DNA of 64,000 bases, from assembly GCA_904419545.1 (NCBI GenBank), contig CAJFRY010000003.1, forward strand, positions 30,230-94,229, written 5' to 3'. This document shows positions 9,815 through 19,106 of this stretch, one piece after another. Every line of letters starts with the position of its first letter. Within the stretch, counting starts at the first letter, position 1. The translations under genes were made by a program, and so were the position numbers. The DNA is from Candidatus Woodwardiibium gallinarum (GTDB lineage: Bacteria > Bacillota > Clostridia > Oscillospirales > CAG-382). The notes under the pieces are model-generated. The model was not told where the DNA came from, made no database searches, and saw only the letters and a program-made list of their open reading frames with translations.

Positions 9815-11194
9815 ATGATGACTGAAGAACAGGCAAAAGCGCTGTTGCTCAAGCAGGAAAGCGTCTATACCCGCGCACCGGAGCTTCGGGAAGCGGCGTT
9901 CGCTTACTGCGAGGGCTACAAAACGTTCCTGAATGCGTCCAAAACCGAACGGGAAGCCGTGGTATGGGCTGTCCGGCAGGCGGAGGAAAACGGCTTTGTT
10001 CCCTATGATCCGGCGGAAAGCTACCGGCCGGGAGACCGTGTATATCAGATAAACCGCGGAAAGAGTGTGACGCTGGCTGTCATCGGTACCGACGCGCCCG
10101 AGACCGGTTTTTCGATCGTTGTTTCGCATATTGATTCGCCGCGGCTGGACCTTAAGCAGCGTCCGCTGTATGAGTCGGCCGGTATTTCCTATTTCAAAAC
10201 ACATTACTACGGCGGTATCAAGAAATATCAGTGGACGGCGCTGCCGCTGGCCATCCACGGTACGGTTCTGACCGAATCGGGTAGGCGTGTGGACGTGCGC
10301 ATCGGTGAAGAGGAAGGGGATCCCGTATTTTTCATCTCCGACCTGATGCCGCATATTGCCAAGGACCAGTATGACAAAAAGCTTGGCGACGCCATCAGCG
10401 GCGAAGGGCTGAATATCATCAACGGCTCATTGCCGCTTGGAGAGGGAAACGATGCGGTTAAACTTGGCGTCCTTGCATTGCTGCACGAAAAGTACGGCAT
10501 CGCGGAAGCTGATCTGCGCACTGCCGAGCTGTCTGCCGTTCCGGCGCAGAAAGCGGTCGATGTTGGGTTCGATGCGAGTATGATCGCCGCTTACGGACAG
10601 GATGACCGCGTCTGCGCTTATCCTTCGCTGACAGCGTTGCTTGAGCTGCAAACGCCTGCTCGCACCTGTGTGGTCGTGCTTGTGGATAAAGAGGAAATCG
10701 GCTCTGAGGGCGTGACGGGCTTGCGCAGTGCTGCGTTGAAGCATTTTCTTATATCGCTGTGTGAAAATCGCGGCGCGGATTATAAGGTGGTTTTTGCGGC
10801 TTCCGACTGCCTTTCGGCTGACGTCGGCGGCGCTTATGACCCCTGCTATGCCGACGCGTATGAAGCGGTGAATTCTTCTTATATGAATCATGGCGTTGCG
10901 GTGATGAAATACACCGGCGCGCGCGGAAAGTCGGGTTCGTCGGACGCTTCCGCCGAGCTGCTGGCCAAGCTGGCGTCCATATTCAAGAAACATGGGATCG
11001 TCTGGCAGACCGGTGAATACGGCAAAGTTGATCAGGGAGGCGCAGGCACTGTGGCAACGGAGATTGCAATGCTGAATATCAGCGTGGTCGATACCGGTGT
11101 GCCGATCCTTTCGATGCATTCGCCGGTGGAACTGGCTGCAAAGGCGGACATTTATATGATGCATCGCGCGGTCAAGGCTTATTTTGCGGGCTGA
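9815..11194 (+). CDS. M18 family aminopeptidase
   Basis: M18 signature regions (SHIDSP, DKEEIGSEG, MHSPVE). The start was set at the in-frame ATG at 9815, preceded by RBS AAAGGAAGG. Confidence 0.8.
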   Translation: MMTEEQAKALLLKQESVYTRAPELREAAFAYCEGYKTFLNASKTEREAVVWAVRQAEENGFVPYDPAESYRPGDRVYQINRGKSVTLAVIGTDAPETGFSIVVSHIDSPRLDLKQRPLYESAGISYFKTHYYGGIKKYQWTALPLAIHGTVLTESGRRVDVRIGEEEGDPVFFISDLMPHIAKDQYDKKLGDAISGEGLNIINGSLPLGEGNDAVKLGVLALLHEKYGIAEADLRTAELSAVPAQKAVDVGFDASMIAAYGQDDRVCAYPSLTALLELQTPARTCVVVLVDKEEIGSEGVTGLRSAALKHFLISLCENRGADYKVVFAASDCLSADVGGAYDPCYADAYEAVNSSYMNHGVAVMKYTGARGKSGSSDASAELLAKLASIFKKHGIVWQTGEYGKVDQGGAGTVATEIAMLNISVVDTGVPILSMHSPVELAAKADIYMMHRAVKAYFAG

Positions 11195-11220
11195 CCGTTT
11201 CGAACAAACCATTGAAAATG

Positions 11221-11260
11221 AAAAATGCCGTCCGTAGAAATACGGACGGCATTTGTGTTA
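11221..11260. terminator. rho-independent terminator after the aminopeptidase gene
   Basis: Hairpin ATGCCGTCCGTA-GAAA-TACGGACGGCAT followed by TTGTGTT. Confidence 0.55.
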
Positions 11261-11420
11261 AATATTGAGAAGGCAGTGAAGGGAAAATTGGTCATAGCGG
11301 CATTGGATGGAGGGAGGGAGTGGCAGTCTTGATATTTCGGAAAAACATTGTTTATGCGAACACAATTTCATTCCTTGTAAGCTTGACCGGAGTTCGGCAT
11401 CTATACTGCGGCAATTGGGC

Positions 11421-11457
11421 AAAAAAAAGAGAAGCCGATTGGCTTCTCTTTTTTGTT
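11421..11457. terminator. bidirectional terminator after the large lipoprotein gene
   Basis: A-run, then hairpin AGAGAAGCC-GATT-GGCTTCTCT, then TTTTTT. Confidence 0.6.
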
Positions 11458-11478
11458 GAGAAATTCGGGATTGGCAGA

Positions 11479-13926
11479 TCAGCCGCCGATCTGGTTCGGG
11501 TCGCCGTTGAAGGCATAGAACTGTTCGGTAATCTTCTTTTCCAGCACAAAACGGAAATAAGGATGATCGGTCACATCGGTATCCGAATCTTCCGGTTCCT
11601 CCGGCTCGGTCGGTTCGTCTGCGGGTTCGGATGTATCGGATGACGTGTCCGAGGAAGCGTCCGAAGAAGTGTCTGACGAAGTATCAGAGGTGTCGGAGGT
11701 ATCCGTGCTTTCTTCCTCTTCCAGGAAGCCGATCTCTGTCAGGATTTCTTCCTCGGTCATATCCAGCTTTTCGGCATTTGCGGAAATAAAGTCATCTATG
11801 GCTTTCTTCAGTTCGGCCTCGCATTCATCGAGCACGGTCAGCGAAAAGGCGGTGACTTTGGCCAGGATTTCTTCCTCAAACATCGAAAGCATCATCGTGT
11901 CGTAATCGGAAGCGATCAATGCCTCCAAATCGGCCGCAAACTGGCTTCCGGAAAGCAGCGCGTTCAGCTCGGCCTGATATTCCGCAGTTTCGGTAATGTT
12001 GCTCAGTTCCTCGTTCAGCACTGCGTCCAATCTGCGGTTAAACTGCTCGAGCGTTTCCGCATCGATTTCCTCACGATCCGTACGTTCAAGAACCTGTTCA
12101 CGCATATATTCCGGATCGTCAAGCAGCTCGTTGACCCTTGCCGTGATTTCTTCATCGGTTGCGTCCTCACCAAGCTCTTCACGGAACTGCGCCGTGAGCT
12201 CGGTACGCAATGTGCGTTTGAGGGAGGTGGCGAGAGAATCCAGCGCAGCTTCCTCTGCTTCTGCCATCAACGCAGTGTAATTCGCGGTGCCTTCTTCATA
12301 AGAAGCACGGATTTCATCCGTATACTGCGTGGAGAGCATATCACTGTATTCTTCGGCAAGCTGTTCCCGAAGGGCCTGCCGGACAGTGGCGTCATTTTCC
12401 GCGCGGTACTCGTCGTAATCAAGCTTGCCGGCAATACCGGTCATATACTCGTTGTAATGCTCGGAAATCACCGACTCGAGGATTTGGATGTAATCCGGCT
12501 CCTGAATGGTCTCTTCATCAGCGGTGAAGGTGACATAGGTAAATCCGAAGCCGAGATCAACGGCAGAAACCGATTCCAGATTCTGCTTCTTCATCTTCTC
12601 CCACATCAGCGGGTCTTCGCCGACCATTGTATAGGTCTGGAAGGAGTTTCCTGTGTATTCGCGTCTGGTGATGTAATTGGAGCCCTCAAGCAATTGAACC
12701 TGGTCGTAGGTCTCGTTATCGTCGGCCGTATAGGGAACCAGCTCATAATGCTGCCCTTCGACGCCGTAAGTAAGGATGTTCTGTACTTCGGGGTCGGTTT
12801 CCAGCAACGCAAGGAATTTGACGACATTCGTCAAGTCGTCGGAGACGCAGTATTTGCTGATGCAGAACAGATTCTGCAGAGTGTTGTCCTCCGTGGCCGT
12901 CGGGAAGGCATATACGTTTGAGGTGTATTCATAACCCATTTTTTCCGAAAGCGCATCAATGTCCGACTGCTGTCCCTTGACAAAGGTAACGGCAAAGCGC
13001 TGGTTCTCGTCAACATCCTCCTGCAGATACCCGAGCGAATTGTATTTTGCAATCATTGCGTAGTAGGCGTTGAGCGCCTCATCCTCAAGAGAAGAAACCA
13101 CGAATTTATTGTTTACATAGGCAGGAAATCCCTCGGAGAACAGGAAAGAAAATTCGGGCGAGGCCGAGGCCTTCTGCAGCGGTACGACATCCGGTTCGTT
13201 GGCCTTGATGAGCGCGAGATAATCCTCTAAATCCTCCATCGTTTTCATCGTGGCGGCATCGACGCCGTATTTTTCCAAAAGCTCAGTGTCAAAAACGATA
13301 TACTCGTATTCACCGATGCCGGTATTCATCGGTACGCCGTAAATGCTCTTGTTGATCGTGGCGGCGTTAATAAATGTCGGATAAATATAATCGTTAAGCG
13401 TTTTGCCTTCGGCGCCGAGGTTCGTATTCAGCTTGGCAAGCAGACCGCGGTTGATGAGGTCCTGATACTGTTCATTGCCGCGGACAAGGAACAGGTCCAG
13501 ACGCGGCCGGTCCGGTTCGATGTCCTGACCCTGGTCGAGCCTGTCAAGCAGCACTTCGCCGGTGAGCACCTCTTCGGAGGTCTCGGAGCCGGAGTTTTCG
13601 GCAGAGGAAGAAGAACTGCTGCTTCCTCTGTTTGCATCGTATTCGGCAAGCTCGGCGAGCTTGTCTTCGATAAGCTGGTCATACTCCGATTCCGGAACCA
13701 TGACGAGCTTTACCATAAAGCCCAGCCGGTAAAAGACCACGCGGTTGAGCGCCAGCTCGGTCGCGCGGATACCCTCCTGCGTCGTGCCTTCCTCCGCAAT
13801 CGTGTACAGCGTGTAGATTTTGGCGGGTTCACTTTCGATGGTCACTTCATCCGAACAGGATGTCAGCACGCCTGAGAACAGCATCAGCGTCACAAGCAGC
13901 AGCGCGATAAATTTCTTCTTCATCAT
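11479..13926 (-). CDS. large orphan lipoprotein: SBP-like extracellular solute-binding fold with a roughly 400-aa acidic helical C-terminal extension and a Ser/Asp-rich repeat tail
   Basis: Lipobox LTSC after a signal peptide. The start was set at MMKKKF (13926), 5 nt after GGAGG. Composition and motifs are those of family-1-type solute-binding proteins. No ABC permease or ATPase is adjacent. Confidence 0.6.
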   Translation of the reverse strand: MMKKKFIALLLVTLMLFSGVLTSCSDEVTIESEPAKIYTLYTIAEEGTTQEGIRATELALNRVVFYRLGFMVKLVMVPESEYDQLIEDKLAELAEYDANRGSSSSSSSAENSGSETSEEVLTGEVLLDRLDQGQDIEPDRPRLDLFLVRGNEQYQDLINRGLLAKLNTNLGAEGKTLNDYIYPTFINAATINKSIYGVPMNTGIGEYEYIVFDTELLEKYGVDAATMKTMEDLEDYLALIKANEPDVVPLQKASASPEFSFLFSEGFPAYVNNKFVVSSLEDEALNAYYAMIAKYNSLGYLQEDVDENQRFAVTFVKGQQSDIDALSEKMGYEYTSNVYAFPTATEDNTLQNLFCISKYCVSDDLTNVVKFLALLETDPEVQNILTYGVEGQHYELVPYTADDNETYDQVQLLEGSNYITRREYTGNSFQTYTMVGEDPLMWEKMKKQNLESVSAVDLGFGFTYVTFTADEETIQEPDYIQILESVISEHYNEYMTGIAGKLDYDEYRAENDATVRQALREQLAEEYSDMLSTQYTDEIRASYEEGTANYTALMAEAEEAALDSLATSLKRTLRTELTAQFREELGEDATDEEITARVNELLDDPEYMREQVLERTDREEIDAETLEQFNRRLDAVLNEELSNITETAEYQAELNALLSGSQFAADLEALIASDYDTMMLSMFEEEILAKVTAFSLTVLDECEAELKKAIDDFISANAEKLDMTEEEILTEIGFLEEEESTDTSDTSDTSSDTSSDASSDTSSDTSEPADEPTEPEEPEDSDTDVTDHPYFRFVLEKKITEQFYAFNGDPNQIGG

Positions 13927-14180
13927 TTGCCTCCGAATTTTTCTGCCGTAATAGGGCGGTGATCGATTAACGTTGTAATTATACACTAAAAGCGTGACTC
14001 TGTCAAGATGGTTTTGTGCAACCGATACAGCAAAAATCGGGGAAAGTTGTAAATTTTATTTTTCGGTCCTGTCTATTGCAAATCGGATGAAAATATAGTA
14101 AAATAATCGTTAAATGGGCGGCGCGGTGAAAAACGGCGCCCGCGGGAAAGCGGTTCTTTAAGCTAAGAAAGGGGCTTCGT

Positions 14181-14651
14181 ATGAACAAAGGAGAGTGTGA
14201 GGAAATCAAGCTCAGGCTCGGCAAAACGGATATTTCCCTTATACACGAGGATGGCAGGAAGCGGCGATGGCTGCTCCTTATCCCGACAGTCGCGGCCGTG
14301 GGAATATTCATTGCGTTTGCTTCCGTAGATAAGGTAAACGACCGAGAAGACGAGGTTATCGCTACCTTCGGACTTGTGATGGGAACGGCTGAGACCGGCA
14401 GGCGTTTCAAGCCGTCTTTGGGTATACAGGACGTGCATATCACTGACGCACGTCTTGCCGAGGAAAAGACCGCCGGGGCCGAGCGGGGAAATGGGAATCT
14501 GCCTGTGCAGGCGTATGACACGCAGGAGAAGCAGGGGTTCTGTTCTTTTCTATGTGCGCTCGATGTGCTCGAGGCGCCGGTCACAGACTCGGAAAAGACG
14601 GTTATGATTGGCAGGAATTCGCCGTTGGCTGAGATTCTGCTCGGGGGCTGA
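14181..14651 (+). CDS. hypothetical small membrane protein
   Basis: RBS AGAAAGGGG. One TM helix (WLLLIPTVAAVGIFIAFASV). Codon third-position GC is consistent with coding. Its stop lies 3 nt before the GNAT start. The competing antisense ORF 14003..14818 has shadow-type S/R-rich composition. Confidence 0.45.
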   Translation: MNKGECEEIKLRLGKTDISLIHEDGRKRRWLLLIPTVAAVGIFIAFASVDKVNDREDEVIATFGLVMGTAETGRRFKPSLGIQDVHITDARLAEEKTAGAERGNGNLPVQAYDTQEKQGFCSFLCALDVLEAPVTDSEKTVMIGRNSPLAEILLGG

Positions 14652-14654
14652 CCG

Positions 14655-15236
14655 ATGGATACAGTAAAGCTCAGACGGGTATTTGCTTCCCTGCCGGTGC
14701 TGGAAACCGAGCGGCTGGTTCTGCGCCGCATTACGCAGGAGAATGCATATGATATGTTCGCGTATGCTTCTCTGAGCGATGTCACGAAATATCTGCTCTG
14801 GTCGCCGCACATCAACATTGATGAAACACGCGGTTACATTGAGTTTCTGCAGCAGCGTTATCGGCGCGGAGAGTATGGAGACTGGGGGCTCAACTGCAAA
14901 GCCGACGGGCGCTTTATCGGCACGGTGGGATTTGCGGATTTGATGTTTGCGCACAACAAAGGGGAGCTGGGCTATGTCCTCAGTCCCGAATATCAGGGAA
15001 AAGGGTATATGAAGGAGGCGCTCGGCGCTGTGATGGAACTGGCGTTCACGACACTGGGCCTGCACCGGCTCGAGCTGCGGATTATGGAGGGCAACGTTGC
15101 CTCCGAACGGCTGGCAGAGGCATGCGGCTTCCGTTACGAGGGTACGGCGCGGGAGTCGCTGCTCGTCAAAGAGGTCTATCGTACCATTCGCCATTACGGA
15201 TTGCTGAAAAGCGATTTCCTTTCCGGCTGCCATTAA
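14655..15236 (+). CDS. GNAT family N-acetyltransferase (RimL-like)
   Basis: Acetyl-CoA binding core (QGKGYMKEALGAVMELAF) and the typical roughly 190-aa architecture. Confidence 0.85.
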   Translation: MDTVKLRRVFASLPVLETERLVLRRITQENAYDMFAYASLSDVTKYLLWSPHINIDETRGYIEFLQQRYRRGEYGDWGLNCKADGRFIGTVGFADLMFAHNKGELGYVLSPEYQGKGYMKEALGAVMELAFTTLGLHRLELRIMEGNVASERLAEACGFRYEGTARESLLVKEVYRTIRHYGLLKSDFLSGCH

Positions 15237-15249
15237 GCGACAAAAAGCG

Positions 15250-15313
15250 ATACGGGCGCATACCATGGGAATAGAATTGCTTACCTATGGGTATGCGCCC
15301 GTATTTTATTATT
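15250..15313. terminator. terminator hairpin after the GNAT gene
   Basis: 15-bp stem ATACGGGCGCATACC/GGTATGCGCCCGTAT followed by TTTTATTATTT. Confidence 0.5.
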
Positions 15314-15327
15314 TGAGAGGTTGAGAA

Positions 15328-15861
15328 ATGAACTACGCAAACACACAGACGGAGAGGGACCTGCACGACGCGTTTCTGGACGAGGCGGCCGCGCATGTGA
15401 AATACAAGCTGTTTTCGCAGAAGGCGGCCGATGAGGGGCTGCGTGAAATCGCGGACGCGTATGACCGCATCGCCGGCGAGGAACTGGGACACGCTGAAAT
15501 GTGGCTGCGCGAGATGGGCGGCGTGAGTGACACGAGAAATAATCTTAAGCAGTCCATAAGCGGCGAGATGGCGGACTATAAAACGTCCTATCCGAATTTT
15601 GCACATAACGCACGCAGCGAGGGCTTTGACGAATTGGCTGACCGTTTTTCAATGACCGGCGCGGTCGAGGAAGGACATGCACAGTTGTTCGGCGACATGC
15701 TGGACCGACTGGAGTCGGGCGGCTATGAATCGGCGCGGGAAGACATAGATTGGCGCTGCCGAAACTGCGGGCATGTTACTACGCAGCATCAAATGCCCGG
15801 CTATTGTCCGCTGTGCGGATACGACAGACGGTATATGCGGCGGGAGATGTGCGGAAACTGA
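15328..15861 (+). CDS. rubrerythrin
   Basis: Ferritin-like di-iron ExxH motifs (GEELGHAEMW, VEEGHAQLF) plus a C-terminal rubredoxin-like CxxC...CxxC. Confidence 0.9.
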   Translation: MNYANTQTERDLHDAFLDEAAAHVKYKLFSQKAADEGLREIADAYDRIAGEELGHAEMWLREMGGVSDTRNNLKQSISGEMADYKTSYPNFAHNARSEGFDELADRFSMTGAVEEGHAQLFGDMLDRLESGGYESAREDIDWRCRNCGHVTTQHQMPGYCPLCGYDRRYMRREMCGN

Positions 15862-15920
15862 AAAAACGAGAATTGACCCCGTCGGCGCGGTGTTCCGTGC
15901 CGACGGGGTCAATTGATTTG
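15862..15920. terminator. bidirectional terminator between rubrerythrin and rpmB
   Basis: Perfect 15-bp stem AATTGACCCCGTCGG/CCGACGGGGTCAATT flanked by an A-run and a T-run. Confidence 0.6.
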
Positions 15921-15943
15921 TCATATGCGGGAGAGGATTCGCC

Positions 15944-16132
15944 TTACTGGGCGCGGGTAACTTTCCCGGATCTCAGGCAGCGGGAACAAATACTGATTGT
16001 CTTGTTGCTGCCGCCGATATCGACTTTGACTTTTCTGATATTTGGCTTCCAGGTCCGGCTGGTTTTTCTGTTCGAATGGGAAACGTTGTGGCCGAACGTG
16101 ACGCCTTTGCTGCAAATCGCACACTTCGCCAT
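15944..16132 (-). CDS. rpmB: 50S ribosomal protein L28
   Basis: MAKCAICSKGVTFGHNVSHSNRKTSRTWKPN matches the L28 consensus. Confidence 0.9.
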   Translation of the reverse strand: MAKCAICSKGVTFGHNVSHSNRKTSRTWKPNIRKVKVDIGGSNKTISICSRCLRSGKVTRAQ

Positions 16133-16209
16133 GTCTTAGCACCTCCAGTTTGAGAAAAATGCGGTCAGTAAATCTCAACACCTAACTATATACTATTTTT
16201 CGGTGTTTG

Positions 16210-17604
16210 TCAAGCCCTTTTTGCATTTTTGTCGTTTTTTATGATATCCCAGACGGTGTTGACATTTCCGGCGCCGATGAGCAGCACCGTATCGCCGGGA
16301 CGGACGTTTGCCTCCAGATAGCGTGCGGATTCCTCAAGTGTCGGCAAATACACGCCGCCGGCCGCATCGGCGAGCATTCCGGCGTGCACGCCGCTTGTGT
16401 TGACCTCGCGTGCGGAAAAAACGTCCGTGAACAACGGCAGAGAGCTGTCTCCGAAGGAAGAAGCAAACTCGTCGAACAGGTCATGCAGGCGCGAAAAGGT
16501 GTGGGGCTGGAAAAGCGTCACCAGCCGGCCGCCGGCCGCCGTTTTTGCTGCGGCGAGCGTGACCTTCAGTTCGTCGGGGTGATGCGCATAATCGGTGAAT
16601 ACACGCGCGCCGTTGAGCTCGCCCAGATATTCGAACCTTCTCGCCACGCCGCGGAATTCCGACAGGCCGCGTGCAATCGCCTTTGCGCTGATACCCGACA
16701 GATGTGCGCATGCCGCAGCGGCCAGCGCGTTGGAAACATTGAAGCTGCCGATGACCGACAGCGAGGCTCTGCACAGCAGCACGCCGTAGCAGTAGATGTC
16801 GAAGGAAGCGAACCCTCCGTCGTAGGTAATGTTGCCGGCAAAAAAATCGGCCGTCGGGTCTTTGACGGAAAAGTAACGTACCTGCGGAAGCACGTCTTGC
16901 GCGGCCTCGACCGCGTCCGGCGCGTCGGCGTTGACCAGCGCGACACCGGATGCGCCGGCATTATTCATAAAGTGCGCAAATGACCGTTTGAGCTGTTCAA
17001 GCGAAGCAAAATAATCGGTATGGTCGAGCCGGACGTTGAGTACGACCGCAATACGCGGATAAAAGCTGAGGAAGGAATCCTTGTATTCACAGGCCTCGAA
17101 AATGAAATTGTCATCGCTGCCGATGCGGTAGGCTGCGCCGATGGCGGGCAGCGCCGCGCCGATGAGCACGGTAGGGTCGGCGCCTTCTTCAGAGAGAAAA
17201 ATCTGCGCTGTCATCCCTGAGGTGGTCGATTTGCCATGCGTACCTGCAATGCCGACCGCGTTCGGGTAATCCGCCGCGATGGCTTCGAGCAGCTTGGCGC
17301 GCGTGATGACCGGCACGCCGCGCCGCGCCGCAAGGACCATCTCCGGGTGGTCGGGCGCAAATGCGACCGTGTAGACAATCAGTTCCGCACCGTCAAAATG
17401 CGATTCATCGGTCGTGTCGTAAACGGTGATCCCGCTGTTTTGCAGCATTTGCGTCTCCCGTGTGTGTGCGCGGTCATAGCCGCAGACCGAACAGCCGCGG
17501 CGCTTGAGGATCATTGCCAGAGAGGACATACTGCTGCCGCCGATTCCGATGAAATATATATGTTTATACTTTTGTAAATCTATCGAATCCGTATGGGTGT
17601 TCAT
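16210..17604 (-). CDS. murC: UDP-N-acetylmuramate--L-alanine ligase
   Basis: Mur ligase motifs (GIGGSSMS, GTHGKSTT, DYAHHP). Confidence 0.9.
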   Translation of the reverse strand: MNTHTDSIDLQKYKHIYFIGIGGSSMSSLAMILKRRGCSVCGYDRAHTRETQMLQNSGITVYDTTDESHFDGAELIVYTVAFAPDHPEMVLAARRGVPVITRAKLLEAIAADYPNAVGIAGTHGKSTTSGMTAQIFLSEEGADPTVLIGAALPAIGAAYRIGSDDNFIFEACEYKDSFLSFYPRIAVVLNVRLDHTDYFASLEQLKRSFAHFMNNAGASGVALVNADAPDAVEAAQDVLPQVRYFSVKDPTADFFAGNITYDGGFASFDIYCYGVLLCRASLSVIGSFNVSNALAAAACAHLSGISAKAIARGLSEFRGVARRFEYLGELNGARVFTDYAHHPDELKVTLAAAKTAAGGRLVTLFQPHTFSRLHDLFDEFASSFGDSSLPLFTDVFSAREVNTSGVHAGMLADAAGGVYLPTLEESARYLEANVRPGDTVLLIGAGNVNTVWDIIKNDKNAKRA

Positions 17605-17761
17605 TCAAACTCCAACCAGCCTTTCCTTGCGTAAAGTATAGCACAGACAGTGGTAAAAAACAAGAGATGTGCTTCTGAACGTTAGTTTTGCCGTTTTGCA
17701 TAACCGCGTGCCGCCATATTTATGCCATTTTGTGATAACGGATATTGCAATTTTGGTGATT

Positions 17762-17790
17762 TTCGAGTAAAATAGTAAAAATCTCTCAGG
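17762..17790 (+). promoter_or_regulatory. sigma-A-type promoter (TTGCAA-17-TAAAAT) for the ECF S-component gene
   Basis: Consensus-like hexamers with a 17-nt spacer. The leader is only about 15 nt, so there is no room for a riboswitch. Confidence 0.35.
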
Positions 17791-17805
17791 AAAGGGTATG
17801 ATGAA

Positions 17806-18396
17806 ATGAAGTTGAAAAATGACAAAACGCTCAATATCGCGCTGACGGCGGTTTTCGCGTGTATTGTATTCGTTCTTTCGTATCTCGGTTCGTTTGTGCA
17901 TATTGGTGCCATATCCTTTGCCCTGACGCTGATTCCGATCGTCCTCGGCGGCATTTATATTGGACCTTGGGCAGGCGCATTCCTTGGCGCTGTTTTCGGG
18001 CTGACCGTTTTGTTTACCGACGTAACGGCTCTGGCGCTTTTGTCCATAAACTGGTTCTATGCATTTCTTGGCTGTGTAGTTCGCGGCGTGATTGCCGGCT
18101 GGCTCCCTGCGTTTGTTTTTAAAATTGCCGCAAAAAAAAGCGAAACCGTCGGTGCGGTTGTTGCGTCTGTCCTTGCGCCAATCATCAATACGGGGATTTT
18201 TTCCCTGTGCGTATTTACGATATTCGAACCGTATTTTACGGATCTCGGGCAGACTTTGGGGTATTTGGATCTGGGACATTTCGTGCTGGTTGGGCTGATC
18301 GGCCTCAATTTTGTTTTTGAGTTTCTGACAACAGTGGTCATCACGCCAGTGTTGGCCAAGCCGCTGCTGGCGCTCAAAAAGCGTATGGAACGGTAA
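17806..18396 (+). CDS. ECF transporter S component (substrate unknown)
   Basis: Roughly 195 aa with 5-6 TM helices and a typical S-component profile. No EcfA/EcfT is adjacent and no riboswitch precedes it. Confidence 0.75.
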   Translation: MKLKNDKTLNIALTAVFACIVFVLSYLGSFVHIGAISFALTLIPIVLGGIYIGPWAGAFLGAVFGLTVLFTDVTALALLSINWFYAFLGCVVRGVIAGWLPAFVFKIAAKKSETVGAVVASVLAPIINTGIFSLCVFTIFEPYFTDLGQTLGYLDLGHFVLVGLIGLNFVFEFLTTVVITPVLAKPLLALKKRMER

Positions 18397-18472
18397 ATCG
18401 CGCCGGCTTTCATACGGTCTTTTGACGTTCCCGGCAGAAAGCGGCAATGGAGCGGGGAAGTTAGCATAACGT

Positions 18473-18507
18473 TGAGAAGGGCCGTCCTGTATAGGACGGC
18501 CCTTCTC
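18473..18507. terminator. strong hairpin after the ECF S-component gene
   Basis: Perfect stem GAGAAGGGCCGTCCT/AGGACGGCCCTTCTC with loop GTAT. The U-tract is weak. Confidence 0.45.
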
Positions 18508-18754
18508 AAGTGTTAGGAGAGGCGCCGGGGCCTTGCGGCATGCGGACCCCGGCATTTACGAAAGAGGATTAGCATTTCCCTTTGCTGACTAAAGAATACC
18601 AGATAATGCTGAAATGAAACTTAAATCCCCGAAAAAACATAAAAATTTTTTTCTTTGTGAATGCACTGCCGTCTGCGCTGCGCTTTTCGTATATTTATAT
18701 GCGGTCTCCGTTTTTGCCTCCGTATTGAAAACTGCAAAGAACGCCAAAAAGGAA

Positions 18755-18783
18755 TTGACAAACCGGTTGCTTCATGCTATGAT
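18755..18783 (+). promoter_or_regulatory. promoter TTGACA-17-TATGAT driving the lysine riboswitch and dapAB
   Basis: -35 hexamer at 18755-18760 and -10 hexamer at 18778-18783. The predicted TSS is immediately 5' of the L-box. Confidence 0.5.
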
Positions 18784-18794
18784 ATAGGAAAGCG

Positions 18795-19052
18795 AAACGA
18801 TTGAGGTGCGTTTTTCATCAGTAACGGCTGTACACCTGTCCCGATGCTTCCGGCCGCCGTGAAAGGGAGAAACGCCGAAAATGCCGCTGCCCGTTCGGGA
18901 GGGGCGCAGCGTTTGGGCCGTCGGCGGAATACGCGACGGACTGTCATCATGAAGATTTATGATGGAGTGCTGTCTGTTTTGGCTTGTTTGTGCACGGCAT
19001 CTGCCGTTTGCACAAAGCTGCGGACGGCCGGGGAACAACCCGGCTTTTGTTA
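18795..19052 (+). promoter_or_regulatory. lysine riboswitch (L-box) with terminator expression platform
   Basis: Conserved L-box blocks are present: UUGAGGUGCG (18801), GUGAAAGGGAGAAACGCCGAAAAUG (18859-18883), GGACUGUCAUCAUG (18939), GAUGGAGUGCUGUCU (18961-18975). The terminator is GCCGGG-GAACAA-CCCGGC + UUUUGUU (19028-19052). It lies upstream of dapA. Confidence 0.75.
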
Positions 19053-19106
19053 TGAAAACAAACAGCCGGAATGTCCGCTGCGGCGGTTAGGAGGCAATGA
19101 ACAGCT

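Noticed and set aside
14003-14818. 271-aa minus-strand ORF overlapping the small membrane protein and the GNAT start
   Set aside because: It has the S/R/T/P-rich composition typical of an antisense frame in high-GC DNA and no RBS. The plus-strand genes have an RBS, TM helix and family match.
17605-17805. Riboswitch (TPP, FMN, THF or preQ1) upstream of the ECF S-component
   Set aside because: A consensus promoter sits about 15 nt before the RBS, which leaves no room for an aptamer. No conserved riboswitch motifs were seen.
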